A DNA stretch of 64,000 bases, taken from positions 2,198-66,197 of the forward strand of contig JAVKEN010000012.1 of the NCBI GenBank assembly GCA_040221415.1, in the 5' to 3' direction. The translations under genes and the position numbers were made by a program. The notes beneath the pieces were generated by a model that searched no databases, was not told where the DNA came from, and was given only the letters and a program-made list of their open reading frames with translations. This document shows, piece by piece, positions 25,264-35,654 of the stretch; within the stretch, counting starts at the first letter, position 1, and each line of letters starts with the position of its first letter. The stretch comes from Rickettsiales bacterium. GTDB lineage: Bacteria; Pseudomonadota; Alphaproteobacteria; Rickettsiales; JABSSG01.

Positions 25264-27152
25264 TAGAACGACTTCCCTTCAGGTTGCAGTAAATCTTGTG
25301 TGTTCTCAAAAAACTCATCAGATAGATCTTTATCAGTCTTTATTTTGGAAGCTGGTTTTGTTATGACCGTTTCAAGCTCTCTCTTTCTTTTTTGAGTGTC
25401 TTTGATCACTTTCATTAAATGATCTTTTAATGCACCATCCTCTATATATGGTGCATTCTTGCTTTGTAGATAATAATCATCAAAGCTTATCATTGCTGTA
25501 TTAAAACCTGGCAGTCTTAAATAACCCTGTCCTGTCATTAATTGTGAGAATTCAGCAGGAAGCACTGCACGTTTCATTACTTTAGTTTTATTTGCACTAA
25601 CACCATCACGCATTTGATGCGCTCCGTAAGAAATTCCCTCATGCCATTCTTCTAACTCACCTTCTCCAATAAGCTCAGAACACCAACGAGCTGTGTAATT
25701 ATCATCAACATTCATAATAAGCTTATTACGGCAGTTATTAGCTATTACTCGTGACAAATCCTGACCATATATCTTACTTAGAGAAGACATATCTTGAGTA
25801 CCAAGAACAAATGCTCCTCCAAAAGATCTGGCTGTAGTTAGACCATCTTTTAAGTTAGGTAATGATTTATCAAAATAAGGAAGCTCATCTAATATAAACC
25901 ATACTGGTTTTTTAGATTTCTTGCGTGATGAACATAGAGCATTAATAGCTAAATCAACTTGCATCTGCACAAGTGGATTTAAGCTTTCTTTAGCTTCAGA
26001 GGATGTAGATATAAATAGGAAGTTATTTTTACTATCATCATTTATCCATTCATTAATAGAAAATACTTTATTCTTCTTTGTATAGAGCTTTAATGGAGCT
26101 AGATAAGTTGTTAGCATCATCATTACACATGCTACTGTCTTATCTGCTTTTTGATCTACTAAATGCTTGGCAGGTGTATCAGCTAGCACCTTCTCTAAAA
26201 AAGAAATATCTGAATATAGAATCTTGTCTGCAAACTCTGATAAAGATAGATCTTCATCCCAGTATAATTTAGCTAACTCACTAAATATTCTTCTAGCTGC
26301 ATTAACCCAGAACGGATCTTTGCCAGCATCAGGCATAAGGGTTTTAGCAATAGTATCAAATCCTGCTAAAACATCAGTTTCTTTAAAGAAACTCCAATTT
26401 GAACCTCTTTTATCTAAAGGATTTAGAATTATATCTCCTTTAGATTTATCATAAAAGTGACTTATGTAGTCACCCTTAATATCAACTATTATAGCCTTGC
26501 CACCCCTACTATGGATTTGTTTTACTAAATCTTGAATAATTTTAGTTTTACCTGACCCTGTTGCACCAAGTACTAGAGTGTGAGCTTGCTCTCCTGGGGT
26601 ATATGCTCTACCTCTACCAGTTGCTACATACTGAACCCCAGATAACGTATATGGTTTAATACCTTTGAATTTCTTGTTGTGTTTCTTTGCTTGTTTCTTA
26701 AGTTCTTTCTCAGATAATAAGAAACTACCTCGCATCTTTTTTTTCTTTTTTAAATTCCTTCCTTTAAAGCAAAAGAAAATAAAAGGTATAAATACTGCCC
26801 CTGCCACAACATATAGAGATCTTTGAACACTTAAAAAGAATACGCTCTCAAAATTCTTCTCTGTTAATTTTACTAATCTATTATTCTTAAAATAATTTAC
26901 CTTCTCTATTACTGGCCTATTCCATCTATTGCGATATTCCACTGTCTGATTGGGATTAAAGTCTTGGAACACATACATCTTTATCATAGCTGGCAACAAT
27001 CTCCACTCTTGCAAGCTGATGTTAGCTTTAAATGTGAAAATGAAATTAAACACTATAGCAATTAAAGTAGCCCTAAATATTATACGGACTACTTGGCCAA
27101 ACATTCTAAATCTATGTGCGGTTACTTGACCACCAGTAAGAAAGTCACTCAT
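25263..27152 (-). CDS. traD: Type IV coupling protein, F-type TraD
   Basis: The N-terminus 'TGGQVTAHRFRMFGQV' resembles F TraD. N-terminal TM helices are present, along with Walker A 'GATGSGKT' and Walker B 'FILDE'. Confidence 0.9.
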   Translation of the reverse strand: MSDFLTGGQVTAHRFRMFGQVVRIIFRATLIAIVFNFIFTFKANISLQEWRLLPAMIKMYVFQDFNPNQTVEYRNRWNRPVIEKVNYFKNNRLVKLTEKNFESVFFLSVQRSLYVVAGAVFIPFIFFCFKGRNLKKKKKMRGSFLLSEKELKKQAKKHNKKFKGIKPYTLSGVQYVATGRGRAYTPGEQAHTLVLGATGSGKTKIIQDLVKQIHSRGGKAIIVDIKGDYISHFYDKSKGDIILNPLDKRGSNWSFFKETDVLAGFDTIAKTLMPDAGKDPFWVNAARRIFSELAKLYWDEDLSLSEFADKILYSDISFLEKVLADTPAKHLVDQKADKTVACVMMMLTTYLAPLKLYTKKNKVFSINEWINDDSKNNFLFISTSSEAKESLNPLVQMQVDLAINALCSSRKKSKKPVWFILDELPYFDKSLPNLKDGLTTARSFGGAFVLGTQDMSSLSKIYGQDLSRVIANNCRNKLIMNVDDNYTARWCSELIGEGELEEWHEGISYGAHQMRDGVSANKTKVMKRAVLPAEFSQLMTGQGYLRLPGFNTAMISFDDYYLQSKNAPYIEDGALKDHLMKVIKDTQKRKRELETVITKPASKIKTDKDLSDEFFENTQDLLQPEGKSF

Positions 27153-27492
27153 CTAATTTATCAATTCTTTTGTAATTATAAAATTTATCGAGAGCTGCCT
27201 CGGTTAGCTCATATGATTTGCTGTATAAGCTTTTATATTCTTCACCATAAGCTTTCTTCAGAAGCAGAAGTAAAAGCTCCTGATTTTGCCTCTCAAGAGC
27301 AGTCTGTATATAGTTTAATTTGTCATTATTCGGACAATAATAAATTTTTCTTATCTCTCCACAGTCTGGGTTATCTTCAAAGAGCTTCTTTTTCATATAA
27401 GAAGAAACTGTCATTGCACTGCTTTTAGCTGTTTTTTCTAAAAGCGATCTTTCTTTTTTACTTAGTCGTAAAGTTATACGTTCATCATTCAT
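27145..27492 (-). CDS. MobC/ribbon-helix-helix relaxosome accessory protein
   Basis: 'RITLRLSKKERSLLEKTAKSSAMTVSSYMKKKLF' is a typical MobC-family RHH N-terminus. The gene sits between traG and traD. Confidence 0.65.
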   Translation of the reverse strand: MNDERITLRLSKKERSLLEKTAKSSAMTVSSYMKKKLFEDNPDCGEIRKIYYCPNNDKLNYIQTALERQNQELLLLLLKKAYGEEYKSLYSKSYELTEAALDKFYNYKRIDKLDE

Positions 27493-27502
27493 ACTTATTG
27501 CC

Positions 27503-30256
27503 TTATTTGTTATTAGTATTTGTCACTCTGCCTAATAAAGATGAAGTAGCAGATTTAGAGGTCATGCCCTCTATATCATCAGACCTTTGCGAAGATTTTT
27601 TACTCATATTCTGCTCTGCGGTCGATATAGAGGTTTCTCTTTGACTCATTGCCTTTTCAAAACCTGAAGTATTATTTTTAAATTCCTCTGAGAGTGAGGA
27701 GTTGAATTTCTCACGCTGCATATCTATTTGATTATTGTTAGAAACATTGTTTGTTAATACTGGTTCAACAAAATCTTTGTTTTCTTCTAATTTAGTTGGA
27801 TTAATTGGTTTAAAACTATGCTGTGAAACATCCATATATTTAGCAGTTAAAAACTCATTGGATAACTCTTGCAGCTTATCAGGATTAGATCGTACAATTT
27901 CTTCAAACCCTCCAGCACCAAACCTCGACATACCAAATTGAGAGAACTGCTGCGTCAAACCTATATCTACACTGCTAGAATTGTTCTCATAATTGCTTCT
28001 ACTCTCTTGCAATGATCTTGATTTTTCTAAAGCATCACTGTGCCTAATACTTGCTGAAGTAGAGTGACTAAAGTCACTTCTCATAGAATCAAGTAGAGAC
28101 TCTGTTTGACTATCAGAAGAGTGAATAGATGAATTTTTTCCAATCCTTTCCATAGTTGAAAGAGATTCGCTAAACTTTTTATCCTTAGCTGCATCTTGCA
28201 TCATATCCCAAGCCTGCTTTACATGAGTGTTTGTAGAAGCATCAGCAGACAAAGAGGCACCCATTTTTCCCCAACCTATACCTGCCTGCGCACCAACAGC
28301 TAATTTTATTGAATCGTCGTGAGATAAACCAGTACTCTTAGACACTCTTTCTACTAGACCTTTTGTATAATCATAAGCTGATCTTTGTTCTGAAGATAAG
28401 CCCCTCTCAATGGCCTCATTAGCGCTTGTTCCTTTGCTGAATGATTTATCATATCCATATAATTTACTCATTCCACTAGAAGTACTATCAATATAATCTC
28501 TAGAAGAAGATTCCATCTCTCTTTGAACAAGAGCCTCACTCTCATCAAACCTATTCCCAATAGCTTTATTCCAGTTAACATTAACTTGACTTCCTAAGTT
28601 ACTAAGACCACTAGAAACATCTAACATCTTCTGACCATTAGCAGCTTCTCTATATGTTGAGCCACTTGGCATAGCAAAATTCTTCATGCCACTCATCCAT
28701 GAGTAATTATCATCATGTTTATGAGCTGAGGTAGTATCGTATGAATGATTGTCCATGCTAGTACTGCCAAATTGATAATTACCTTTTACAGATTGATCTG
28801 AAGTCTGAACAGCAGCAGTTTGTGGAATATACATCATACTGGTAGCCATATTACCAACACTTGCAACTAAACCTTTTGTTACAAACATTGATAAAACAGG
28901 AATAAGGGCAAGCATGTAGCCTGATACCATTGAGATATCCTGATTAATTGCTTCTATCTGAGGTAATGATTCCATTGTGTGGTTTAGGCCGTCAGCACTA
29001 AATCTGCTCCAGCTCTCCATTACTGTATAAAGAATTGCATACATTGGAGTCCACATCTGTAGATATACAAAACTAAATGCATAGTTCTTTAATACTTCTA
29101 GTCCAATTGGAGTTACCATTAGAATTAAAACAATTGGGAATACTCCGTAGAATAAACACTCAAATACAGACCTAATAATAGGTATGAACTTTTGGAATAC
29201 TTGTGAGACAGAATAAAAAGATGACTTTGTCATCTCTTCTGTAGCTATCTGAGCATATGTATTAGATACTGTAGCCGATGCATCTCTTAAAGAGTTGATC
29301 ATGACATTCTGCTTTAGTATTTCACTAGCATCTTTTGATGACTTTAGAAATGCTCCGTACGTATCTCTCAAGACTGACTCATAAAAAAGATTCTTTTCTT
29401 GGGGAGAATGACCACCACCCAAAAACTGAGAAACAAAACTAGATGATATTTTTGATTTATTATGCGAAAGCTCACTATCGATCATATCAGATATATAGCT
29501 AGCAGCTGTATTACAGGTTACATAGCCATCTAAGGTAGATGTTTGATCTTCAGTTTGTCCTAAGATTTCTCCTAAAAACCCTTGTTTTTTAACTGTTCTG
29601 GTAACTGTACCGTTTAAAAAGATTCTTCTAGCTTTTGAAGCATGGTTCTCTAAGAATTCAGCTATATCATCAGCTTTTGATAATTCTGACAAAGTATATC
29701 CATTCTTTCTGGTGTGACCCATTTTAAGATCAGGAATAATACATTGCTTGTAGAACTTATTTATAAAGCCTCGTAGATCTGAGTTAGAGACTCTTAACCT
29801 ACCCGCATCTTCAATAATCTTGCTTCCAAACAATATTCCGTATCTACGATATGTTGAGTTATTAGTTACTCCTGAAAATGCTGATTCGAACTTATCCATC
29901 ATATCTTTTCCTACACTAGATGTAACAGAAGCAAGTTTTGCTAATCCCCAAGGAACTTCATCGACAATATAACTAGCCTGAATTCTGCCGTTTTGGTCTG
30001 GCAACTGATCGTGTATTACTACTCTCGCCTTAGCAGTTAAAAATAATCCTGTAATTGCTGCAACACCAAATAACCACTTTGCAGAAGTTTTGAAGTCATT
30101 CGTCACAGAAGCTTTAGATACTATTAAAAACAAAGAAATAGCTGATGCTACCTTAAGTACTGTTGTTAAATCAGAAGCAAAGATTATCTTAATAGCATTA
30201 AATATCTTATCTAAGAAATAAGCATTACCAATAGTATAGATCTCCATTGTTTCCAT
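27503..30256 (-). CDS. traG: F-type TraG (mating-pair stabilisation / pilus assembly)
   Basis: 917 aa with a polytopic N-terminal half and a hydrophilic C-terminal half. It occupies the position after traH in F gene order. Confidence 0.85.
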   Translation of the reverse strand: METMEIYTIGNAYFLDKIFNAIKIIFASDLTTVLKVASAISLFLIVSKASVTNDFKTSAKWLFGVAAITGLFLTAKARVVIHDQLPDQNGRIQASYIVDEVPWGLAKLASVTSSVGKDMMDKFESAFSGVTNNSTYRRYGILFGSKIIEDAGRLRVSNSDLRGFINKFYKQCIIPDLKMGHTRKNGYTLSELSKADDIAEFLENHASKARRIFLNGTVTRTVKKQGFLGEILGQTEDQTSTLDGYVTCNTAASYISDMIDSELSHNKSKISSSFVSQFLGGGHSPQEKNLFYESVLRDTYGAFLKSSKDASEILKQNVMINSLRDASATVSNTYAQIATEEMTKSSFYSVSQVFQKFIPIIRSVFECLFYGVFPIVLILMVTPIGLEVLKNYAFSFVYLQMWTPMYAILYTVMESWSRFSADGLNHTMESLPQIEAINQDISMVSGYMLALIPVLSMFVTKGLVASVGNMATSMMYIPQTAAVQTSDQSVKGNYQFGSTSMDNHSYDTTSAHKHDDNYSWMSGMKNFAMPSGSTYREAANGQKMLDVSSGLSNLGSQVNVNWNKAIGNRFDESEALVQREMESSSRDYIDSTSSGMSKLYGYDKSFSKGTSANEAIERGLSSEQRSAYDYTKGLVERVSKSTGLSHDDSIKLAVGAQAGIGWGKMGASLSADASTNTHVKQAWDMMQDAAKDKKFSESLSTMERIGKNSSIHSSDSQTESLLDSMRSDFSHSTSASIRHSDALEKSRSLQESRSNYENNSSSVDIGLTQQFSQFGMSRFGAGGFEEIVRSNPDKLQELSNEFLTAKYMDVSQHSFKPINPTKLEENKDFVEPVLTNNVSNNNQIDMQREKFNSSLSEEFKNNTSGFEKAMSQRETSISTAEQNMSKKSSQRSDDIEGMTSKSATSSLLGRVTNTNNK

Positions 30257-30257
30257 A

Positions 30258-31646
30258 TCAATTACTCCTCATGCTGTATAATTTAGATATTTCTTGAGCG
30301 ATGGACTTCTCATAGTTCTCAGCCCTGTTGACTAAGAATAACTGCATCTTATATCTGTTGAGATCCTTCATCTCTAGATCAGTTAACATCTTCTGAGCGT
30401 GAAGAAGAGACTCTCTAAACTCTTTTAATTGAGGGCCTGCTGCTATTTTTAGATTATTTGCAGCTTCAGTTACTTCTTTTAAAGTGTCAGATAAGTAATT
30501 GTATAAAATATTCCATGCAACAACCTCTACAAATACCCCCTGCTCATATTCAGGGTTAGAGTGAGTATATTGATAGATAACATCATAGATTTTATATACA
30601 GGGAGACCTGAACTAGATAGAAAATTATGAACATCACTTCCTTCAGCTATTTCTTCATCAGCTTGAATAGCTGCACGGAATTTCTCGAAATATTCCGTTA
30701 CTTTAAATTCAAAACTTTCTTTTCTATCAATTGTTTTTTTATCATCCAAAACATGTAAACATTTTTTAGACTCACCACATTTAAGAATAGGTAAATCATT
30801 ACCGCCCTTGAGAAGGGTCTTTAACATATCAGGGCTTGTTATATTAGGTGAGATATACTGAAACTCAGGCTGCTGTTCATCACTCTTCGGCGCATGAATG
30901 ATAATAGTGCCACTTACAGACATCATAAATTCTTTGATGTCTTTGTCTTTTCCAAGCTTATCTAATGCTTTCCATGCAAGGTTAATATCTTCTAATATTA
31001 GAGACTCATCTTTTTGTGCTGCCTTCTCTAACGTTTCTTTTCTACCTCTTGGATAATCCTTATAAGCAGAAGATAAGTCACTCTTTTCTCCTTTACTTTG
31101 ACCAAATCTTGAAGAAATAGACTGTGCTAAGGAAGAATGACCAGTAAACACATCCCCAATCATTCCATTAAGAGCTTTAGCAGCCTGGCACTCATCAGCT
31201 AAGAACCCACCTACTTCTTGTAATTTACTGTATACCTCTTGAAGAGTTTCACCAATAACAGGACTAATAGAACTAATTCCATTATAAACAAACATCATAC
31301 CAGCTTGGCTAACTATTCCCTGTAACTTGCTCATTAATTCTTTTCCAGAAATAAAAGACATACCGCCAAAGTTTAGAACCCCTTGCGAATAACAACTCTT
31401 ATCAAAATCAATTTCTGGAAATCTGACATTAATTAAAGGCCTGTTCTTTTTCTCACGAGCAAAATACATAGAACCCATCGTATAATGACCTGCTCTTTGC
31501 CCTTTATAGTAAGTTGGAGAGTTAGTAGAAGCAAAATTAAGCTTGCCAGACTTATTCCATAATTTACCAACATCTTTAAACCCTCCAGCGTAAGAAGGTA
31601 GTGCTAAATTAATTGCGGTGATAAATATAATTAGTTTTTTAACCAT
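30258..31646 (-). CDS. traH: F-type TraH
   Basis: 462 aa with a signal peptide, in the syntenic position between traF and traG. Confidence 0.8.
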   Translation of the reverse strand: MVKKLIIFITAINLALPSYAGGFKDVGKLWNKSGKLNFASTNSPTYYKGQRAGHYTMGSMYFAREKKNRPLINVRFPEIDFDKSCYSQGVLNFGGMSFISGKELMSKLQGIVSQAGMMFVYNGISSISPVIGETLQEVYSKLQEVGGFLADECQAAKALNGMIGDVFTGHSSLAQSISSRFGQSKGEKSDLSSAYKDYPRGRKETLEKAAQKDESLILEDINLAWKALDKLGKDKDIKEFMMSVSGTIIIHAPKSDEQQPEFQYISPNITSPDMLKTLLKGGNDLPILKCGESKKCLHVLDDKKTIDRKESFEFKVTEYFEKFRAAIQADEEIAEGSDVHNFLSSSGLPVYKIYDVIYQYTHSNPEYEQGVFVEVVAWNILYNYLSDTLKEVTEAANNLKIAAGPQLKEFRESLLHAQKMLTDLEMKDLNRYKMQLFLVNRAENYEKSIAQEISKLYSMRSN

Positions 31647-32409
31647 GAGAGTTCTCCTCTTTCTTTTCAGTAATACGGCGGTAGATCCTTCCCTCTAGCT
31701 GATCTAAAGACGTTAATCCTTTAGATACAAAAATTCTTTTCTCACTCTTAGAATCAAGCAGCATAATCGTTGGAAATGCTTTAACATTTTCATCATTTAC
31801 AGCTGATGGATCATAGACATTCTGAGATAATTCTTCATATAGTCCGCCATCAACAGAAACACCCACAACTGGTAACTTATATTTCTGCTGTAGAGACAGA
31901 AGAACTGGTAATTGTCTCTTACAATATGGACAGTTTGAAGAGTAAATAAATGCAATCGCATATTGCTTGTTTGCTTGCTTTAGAACAGCTTCTACTTTAG
32001 CTGCTTCTATATATTCATCTGATGTTTTTTGATAATAGCTCTCTGTAACTGAATGTATTGGACTCTTCTCTACGATATTCATCATCTTACGAGCATAATC
32101 TACCCCAAGTTTTGCAATATATTTCTGGGTAACTAATACTCTCTCTAAATCTTCTTCTTTTCCTGTAATGACAGCTCTTTTTCTCTGTAACTCCCATAGA
32201 TTATTTAAAGCTTCAGCCTTAGCTTCTGGAGCTAAATCACTCTTCATAATATCTTTAGGGCTTTGATCTGCTGGATGCTTTTCTTTTTGCTCTTCGCAAT
32301 ACCACTGAGAACCAAGGCCATACTTCTCACAAACTTCTTTTGAGAACTTAAATGCATAAGCGTTGGTGCAAGCAAGAATGGCTAATATGAAGATGGCTTT
32401 ATTTATCAT
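31639..32409 (-). CDS. traF: F-type TraF/TrbB-like thioredoxin-fold protein
   Basis: 256 aa with a signal peptide and a thioredoxin-like 'SSNCPYCKRQLPVL' that retains its CxxC. The position is syntenic. Confidence 0.75.
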   Translation of the reverse strand: MINKAIFILAILACTNAYAFKFSKEVCEKYGLGSQWYCEEQKEKHPADQSPKDIMKSDLAPEAKAEALNNLWELQRKRAVITGKEEDLERVLVTQKYIAKLGVDYARKMMNIVEKSPIHSVTESYYQKTSDEYIEAAKVEAVLKQANKQYAIAFIYSSNCPYCKRQLPVLLSLQQKYKLPVVGVSVDGGLYEELSQNVYDPSAVNDENVKAFPTIMLLDSKSEKRIFVSKGLTSLDQLEGRIYRRITEKKEENSHG

Positions 32410-33751
32410 AAAACCTCTGCATTTTGTTTTTAACCATTCCTGCTAAGCTTTCAGGGTTACCTTGGTATGACTTTAATTTATCTTGAATAGCTTTATTAGA
32501 TGCTCCAAAGTCACTTGCAGCTTTATCTTTTAATTCTTCATAAAGCTCACTAAAATCTAACTTACTAAAATCAATTTGTTTGATTTCTTGTAAAGTTAGA
32601 GCTTTACAATCTGGATTATCAAAACTTCCCCAACCTCTACCTAACTGCCGTCTGCCTTGTTCTTGGATTATCCTTGCAAGCTTTGAATTAAAACAACAAA
32701 AAGCCTTTTTCTTTTTGAACCTTTCTAGCTTTTTACCTCTCCAAGAATCTACAAAGTGACACGCTCCTGCAAATTGTTTGGAAGCTAGTTCTTTCTCTTC
32801 TTCATTACATCCAGATATCGAACGAAGCATTCCTTTATCAGAACAACAATTAAGCTGACCTGTATATCGCCTGCAAATCTTGCTCTCACCATTGAATAAT
32901 CTGCACTTATCATCCTGAACATTTCTTACACTACAATTAGGATCAGTCTCAGAATTACAAGTACATTCACTGCTATCTTTATTTACTTGGTTTAATACTG
33001 ATAAATAGGATGCTGCTAAACCAAAATTAGTATTTACATTCCTCTCCTGCTCATCACAAACTCCACCAGCACAAAATTGACTAGCAATACAATCTATCTT
33101 CTCTGTTTTCTTATTCTCACATTCATATTCAACAATATAATGCTCACATCTTTTTTCTTCATTATGAATACAGTCCCTTTTTATCTCCTTACAACCCTTC
33201 TCTACTAAAGCCTTACACTCATTTACTTTAGTATCAGTTCTGCATTGATATTTTCTATCCCACTTCCAGCATTCTTTGAAAACATCTTTTCCGTTGATGT
33301 TTCTGGTCTCAGCTGGTTCAACGCACTCTTCACTAGTAATTTCACAATGTTTGTCTTTGATATGTGGATCACATTTCTCAAAGTCTTTTTCATCACGAAT
33401 AATATTAAACTTTGAGTTAATTAGTTTAACCTCTTCACTCTCATTAGTTGTATTGCCGCAGATAAATTTCTTATCAAAGTGATTACATAATCCTGTTGGA
33501 GATTCCTTTAAACACTTGCCCTCAACCTCATTACATCCCCTATTCTCTTCAAATGTTGAACAGTTATTCGTTTCATTGCTTGTACAACGAAGAACTTCTT
33601 TGAACTTCCAGCATTTCTTAACGCTGTAGCCTTCAATTACTCTAGTACTTTCATCAATGCATGTTTTTTGAACTTGAGGTACACATTTGACCTCTTCAAA
33701 TGCATATGAAGTATTGGTTATCAATAAAATAATTATAAAAAGGATTCTCAT
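32399..33751 (-). CDS. traN: F-type TraN (Cys-rich outer-membrane mating-pair stabilisation protein)
   Basis: It has a signal peptide and many Cys residues. The conserved TraN C-terminus is present: 'CCFNSKLARIIQEQGRRQLGRGWGSFDNPDCKALTLQEIKQIDFSKLDFSE'. Confidence 0.85.
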   Translation of the reverse strand: MRILFIIILLITNTSYAFEEVKCVPQVQKTCIDESTRVIEGYSVKKCWKFKEVLRCTSNETNNCSTFEENRGCNEVEGKCLKESPTGLCNHFDKKFICGNTTNESEEVKLINSKFNIIRDEKDFEKCDPHIKDKHCEITSEECVEPAETRNINGKDVFKECWKWDRKYQCRTDTKVNECKALVEKGCKEIKRDCIHNEEKRCEHYIVEYECENKKTEKIDCIASQFCAGGVCDEQERNVNTNFGLAASYLSVLNQVNKDSSECTCNSETDPNCSVRNVQDDKCRLFNGESKICRRYTGQLNCCSDKGMLRSISGCNEEEKELASKQFAGACHFVDSWRGKKLERFKKKKAFCCFNSKLARIIQEQGRRQLGRGWGSFDNPDCKALTLQEIKQIDFSKLDFSELYEELKDKAASDFGASNKAIQDKLKSYQGNPESLAGMVKNKMQRFYDK

Positions 33752-34977
33752 TTATCCTCCTCATAATTACATTTTGTTTCTCGCTTAACATCCCAGTCTT
33801 TACAACAATGTTGCTTAGCTCTGATCTTAATCCACCCTTCACCACAACCAGAGACAATTGTTCTCATAAATAGAACATTCTCGCCTTCTTTTAAGAAAGG
33901 TCTTAAATCTTTATTTAAATTGCCAAAACGCCAGTTAGTTCCTCTTTCGCAACTATCAGTTCCAGTACCAAAATCTACATGACCATTTCTTACCTCAAGT
34001 TTATTACCCCCATTCGGTCCAATATAAATTATATTGTCATTAAGCTTGACCATTAGGTGATCATCATAACCAGCCTCAGTAAGTAAAAACTCACTGATTT
34101 TTTCTTTATTTCGAATTTGGAATTTTGTAACTCTGTCAACAGTCTCACAATGACCGCACCAGTAATTATCCTGGATTGTACCAATGGTTAGGTTAGGATA
34201 ATTATATACAAACTTCATGTCAGACTTGACTGAAGCTGCAATAATTCCTCCATTATCACAATCAGCCGCTTTCTTGCATGTAATAGAGGTTATTTCATCA
34301 TGACAGGTTTTAACCCTGTCCTCTCTTTTCTTGCTACATTGATATGTATATTTAGGATCAATCTCTACAACTTGATTGATATCGCAAGCATCATATTTAA
34401 CGTCATAATATTCATCGCATGTTGTTTTTTCTTTATAAGAAAACTCATTCTCAATCGGCTTACAGTCTTTATATGAACCGCTTATTGAATCTACTCCATT
34501 TGCAGCCTCTTTGAGCAGATGATTTGCTTTATCTAAATATGCTTTAGTATCTTCCGGGAATTGCTCTTTGTTTTTTCTAAAACCCAATTCTTCTAGTTTT
34601 GCCTCACGCTGATTAACAGCTTTTGTACTCATTAGCTGAGATACATTACAATCTTCAAGACTACATTCATTTGTAGAGGATTCTTTTGCTATTTCACCTT
34701 TTGTAGCTAAATCACCTAGTTCTGTAGCTTGATGATTAGCTCTTCCCTCTTTGTTTTGCAGGATATTATGTACTTCATCTATTCCTTTACCACCACCAGA
34801 TAACGCCTCAATGCTTGGATAAAGTGATGTAGCAACTTTCTTAGATTCTTCGTAAACCTGTTTAGCTTCTTGTTCTTTCAGAGCCTTCTGAGGCTTTAGA
34901 GCCTTCGATTGATCTAAGGCTAGGCTATCAAAGCTAAATAAAATAACTATTAAAGATAAAGCCAGTTTTGAAGTCAC
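33748..34977 (-). CDS. Secreted Cys-rich protein inserted between trbC and traN (function unknown)
   Basis: 409 aa with signal peptide 'MTSKLALSLIVILFSFDSLA'. The C-terminal half is Cys-rich. Its junction with traN is an ATGA overlap. It has no counterpart in canonical F gene order. Confidence 0.6.
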   Translation of the reverse strand: MTSKLALSLIVILFSFDSLALDQSKALKPQKALKEQEAKQVYEESKKVATSLYPSIEALSGGGKGIDEVHNILQNKEGRANHQATELGDLATKGEIAKESSTNECSLEDCNVSQLMSTKAVNQREAKLEELGFRKNKEQFPEDTKAYLDKANHLLKEAANGVDSISGSYKDCKPIENEFSYKEKTTCDEYYDVKYDACDINQVVEIDPKYTYQCSKKREDRVKTCHDEITSITCKKAADCDNGGIIAASVKSDMKFVYNYPNLTIGTIQDNYWCGHCETVDRVTKFQIRNKEKISEFLLTEAGYDDHLMVKLNDNIIYIGPNGGNKLEVRNGHVDFGTGTDSCERGTNWRFGNLNKDLRPFLKEGENVLFMRTIVSGCGEGWIKIRAKQHCCKDWDVKRETKCNYEEDK

Positions 34978-35654
34978 TTCTTGCCTCCAACTAGCTTATG
35001 ATTTTTTAAATCACCGCTATTTCTGATTTCTTCTAAAGCATGTTTGATACTGATAGAGCCTGTGAATTTGTCGTAAGTTTCTTTGTTAGACAGAACAATG
35101 GCTGGAACTTGATTTACTTTATATTCAGCAAATGCTTTTGGGTTTACATCAACAATGAGCTTTCTGTTGTTGTCTAGCTGCATTGCTTTGATTGTCTTTT
35201 TAAAGCTATTATCAACTAAACCCCTTATTACTAGCCTTGCGTTATGAGTTATAGCTTGCTCCATATAACTCCAAAGCATCTCTTTAGGCATAGTAAAACT
35301 TACAAAGATAAGTAGACCTGTGTTTATTTTTGGTGTTAAATCCAGTTTATGATTCTTAACGATCTGCTGAACAATTCCGCCCTTCTTATAAATAGTTACA
35401 GACTTATCTTTGTCTATTTCTAAAGCATGGCCTTTTATCGCTACATTAGCTTTTTTTACTAAATCTTTATAAAACTCTCTCTGATCCTCTATCTTCTCTT
35501 CATGCTCTTTTACTACTTCAGTATACTGAGAGCTGCTCTTAGCAATATTATCTCTAACTTGGTTTACTATCGTTTCAAGTTTTTCTGCATTAGCTTCTGT
35601 AACGCTAAAGGCTATTAATGTAGTTAACCAATACAACAATTTCTTTTTCTCCAT
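34974..35654 (-). CDS. trbC: F-type TrbC
   Basis: 226 aa with a signal peptide and the 'LLIFVSFTMPKEML' motif (vFvSfSMP-type). The position after traU is syntenic. Confidence 0.75.
   Translation of the reverse strand: MEKKKLLYWLTTLIAFSVTEANAEKLETIVNQVRDNIAKSSSQYTEVVKEHEEKIEDQREFYKDLVKKANVAIKGHALEIDKDKSVTIYKKGGIVQQIVKNHKLDLTPKINTGLLIFVSFTMPKEMLWSYMEQAITHNARLVIRGLVDNSFKKTIKAMQLDNNRKLIVDVNPKAFAEYKVNQVPAIVLSNKETYDKFTGSISIKHALEEIRNSGDLKNHKLVGGKK

Noticed and set aside
22733-27428. Antisense ORFs within traI/traD: 22733-22936, 23633-23890, 26078-26272, 26167-26454 and 27093-27428
   Set aside because: They are nested in genes with unambiguous relaxase or coupling-protein motifs.
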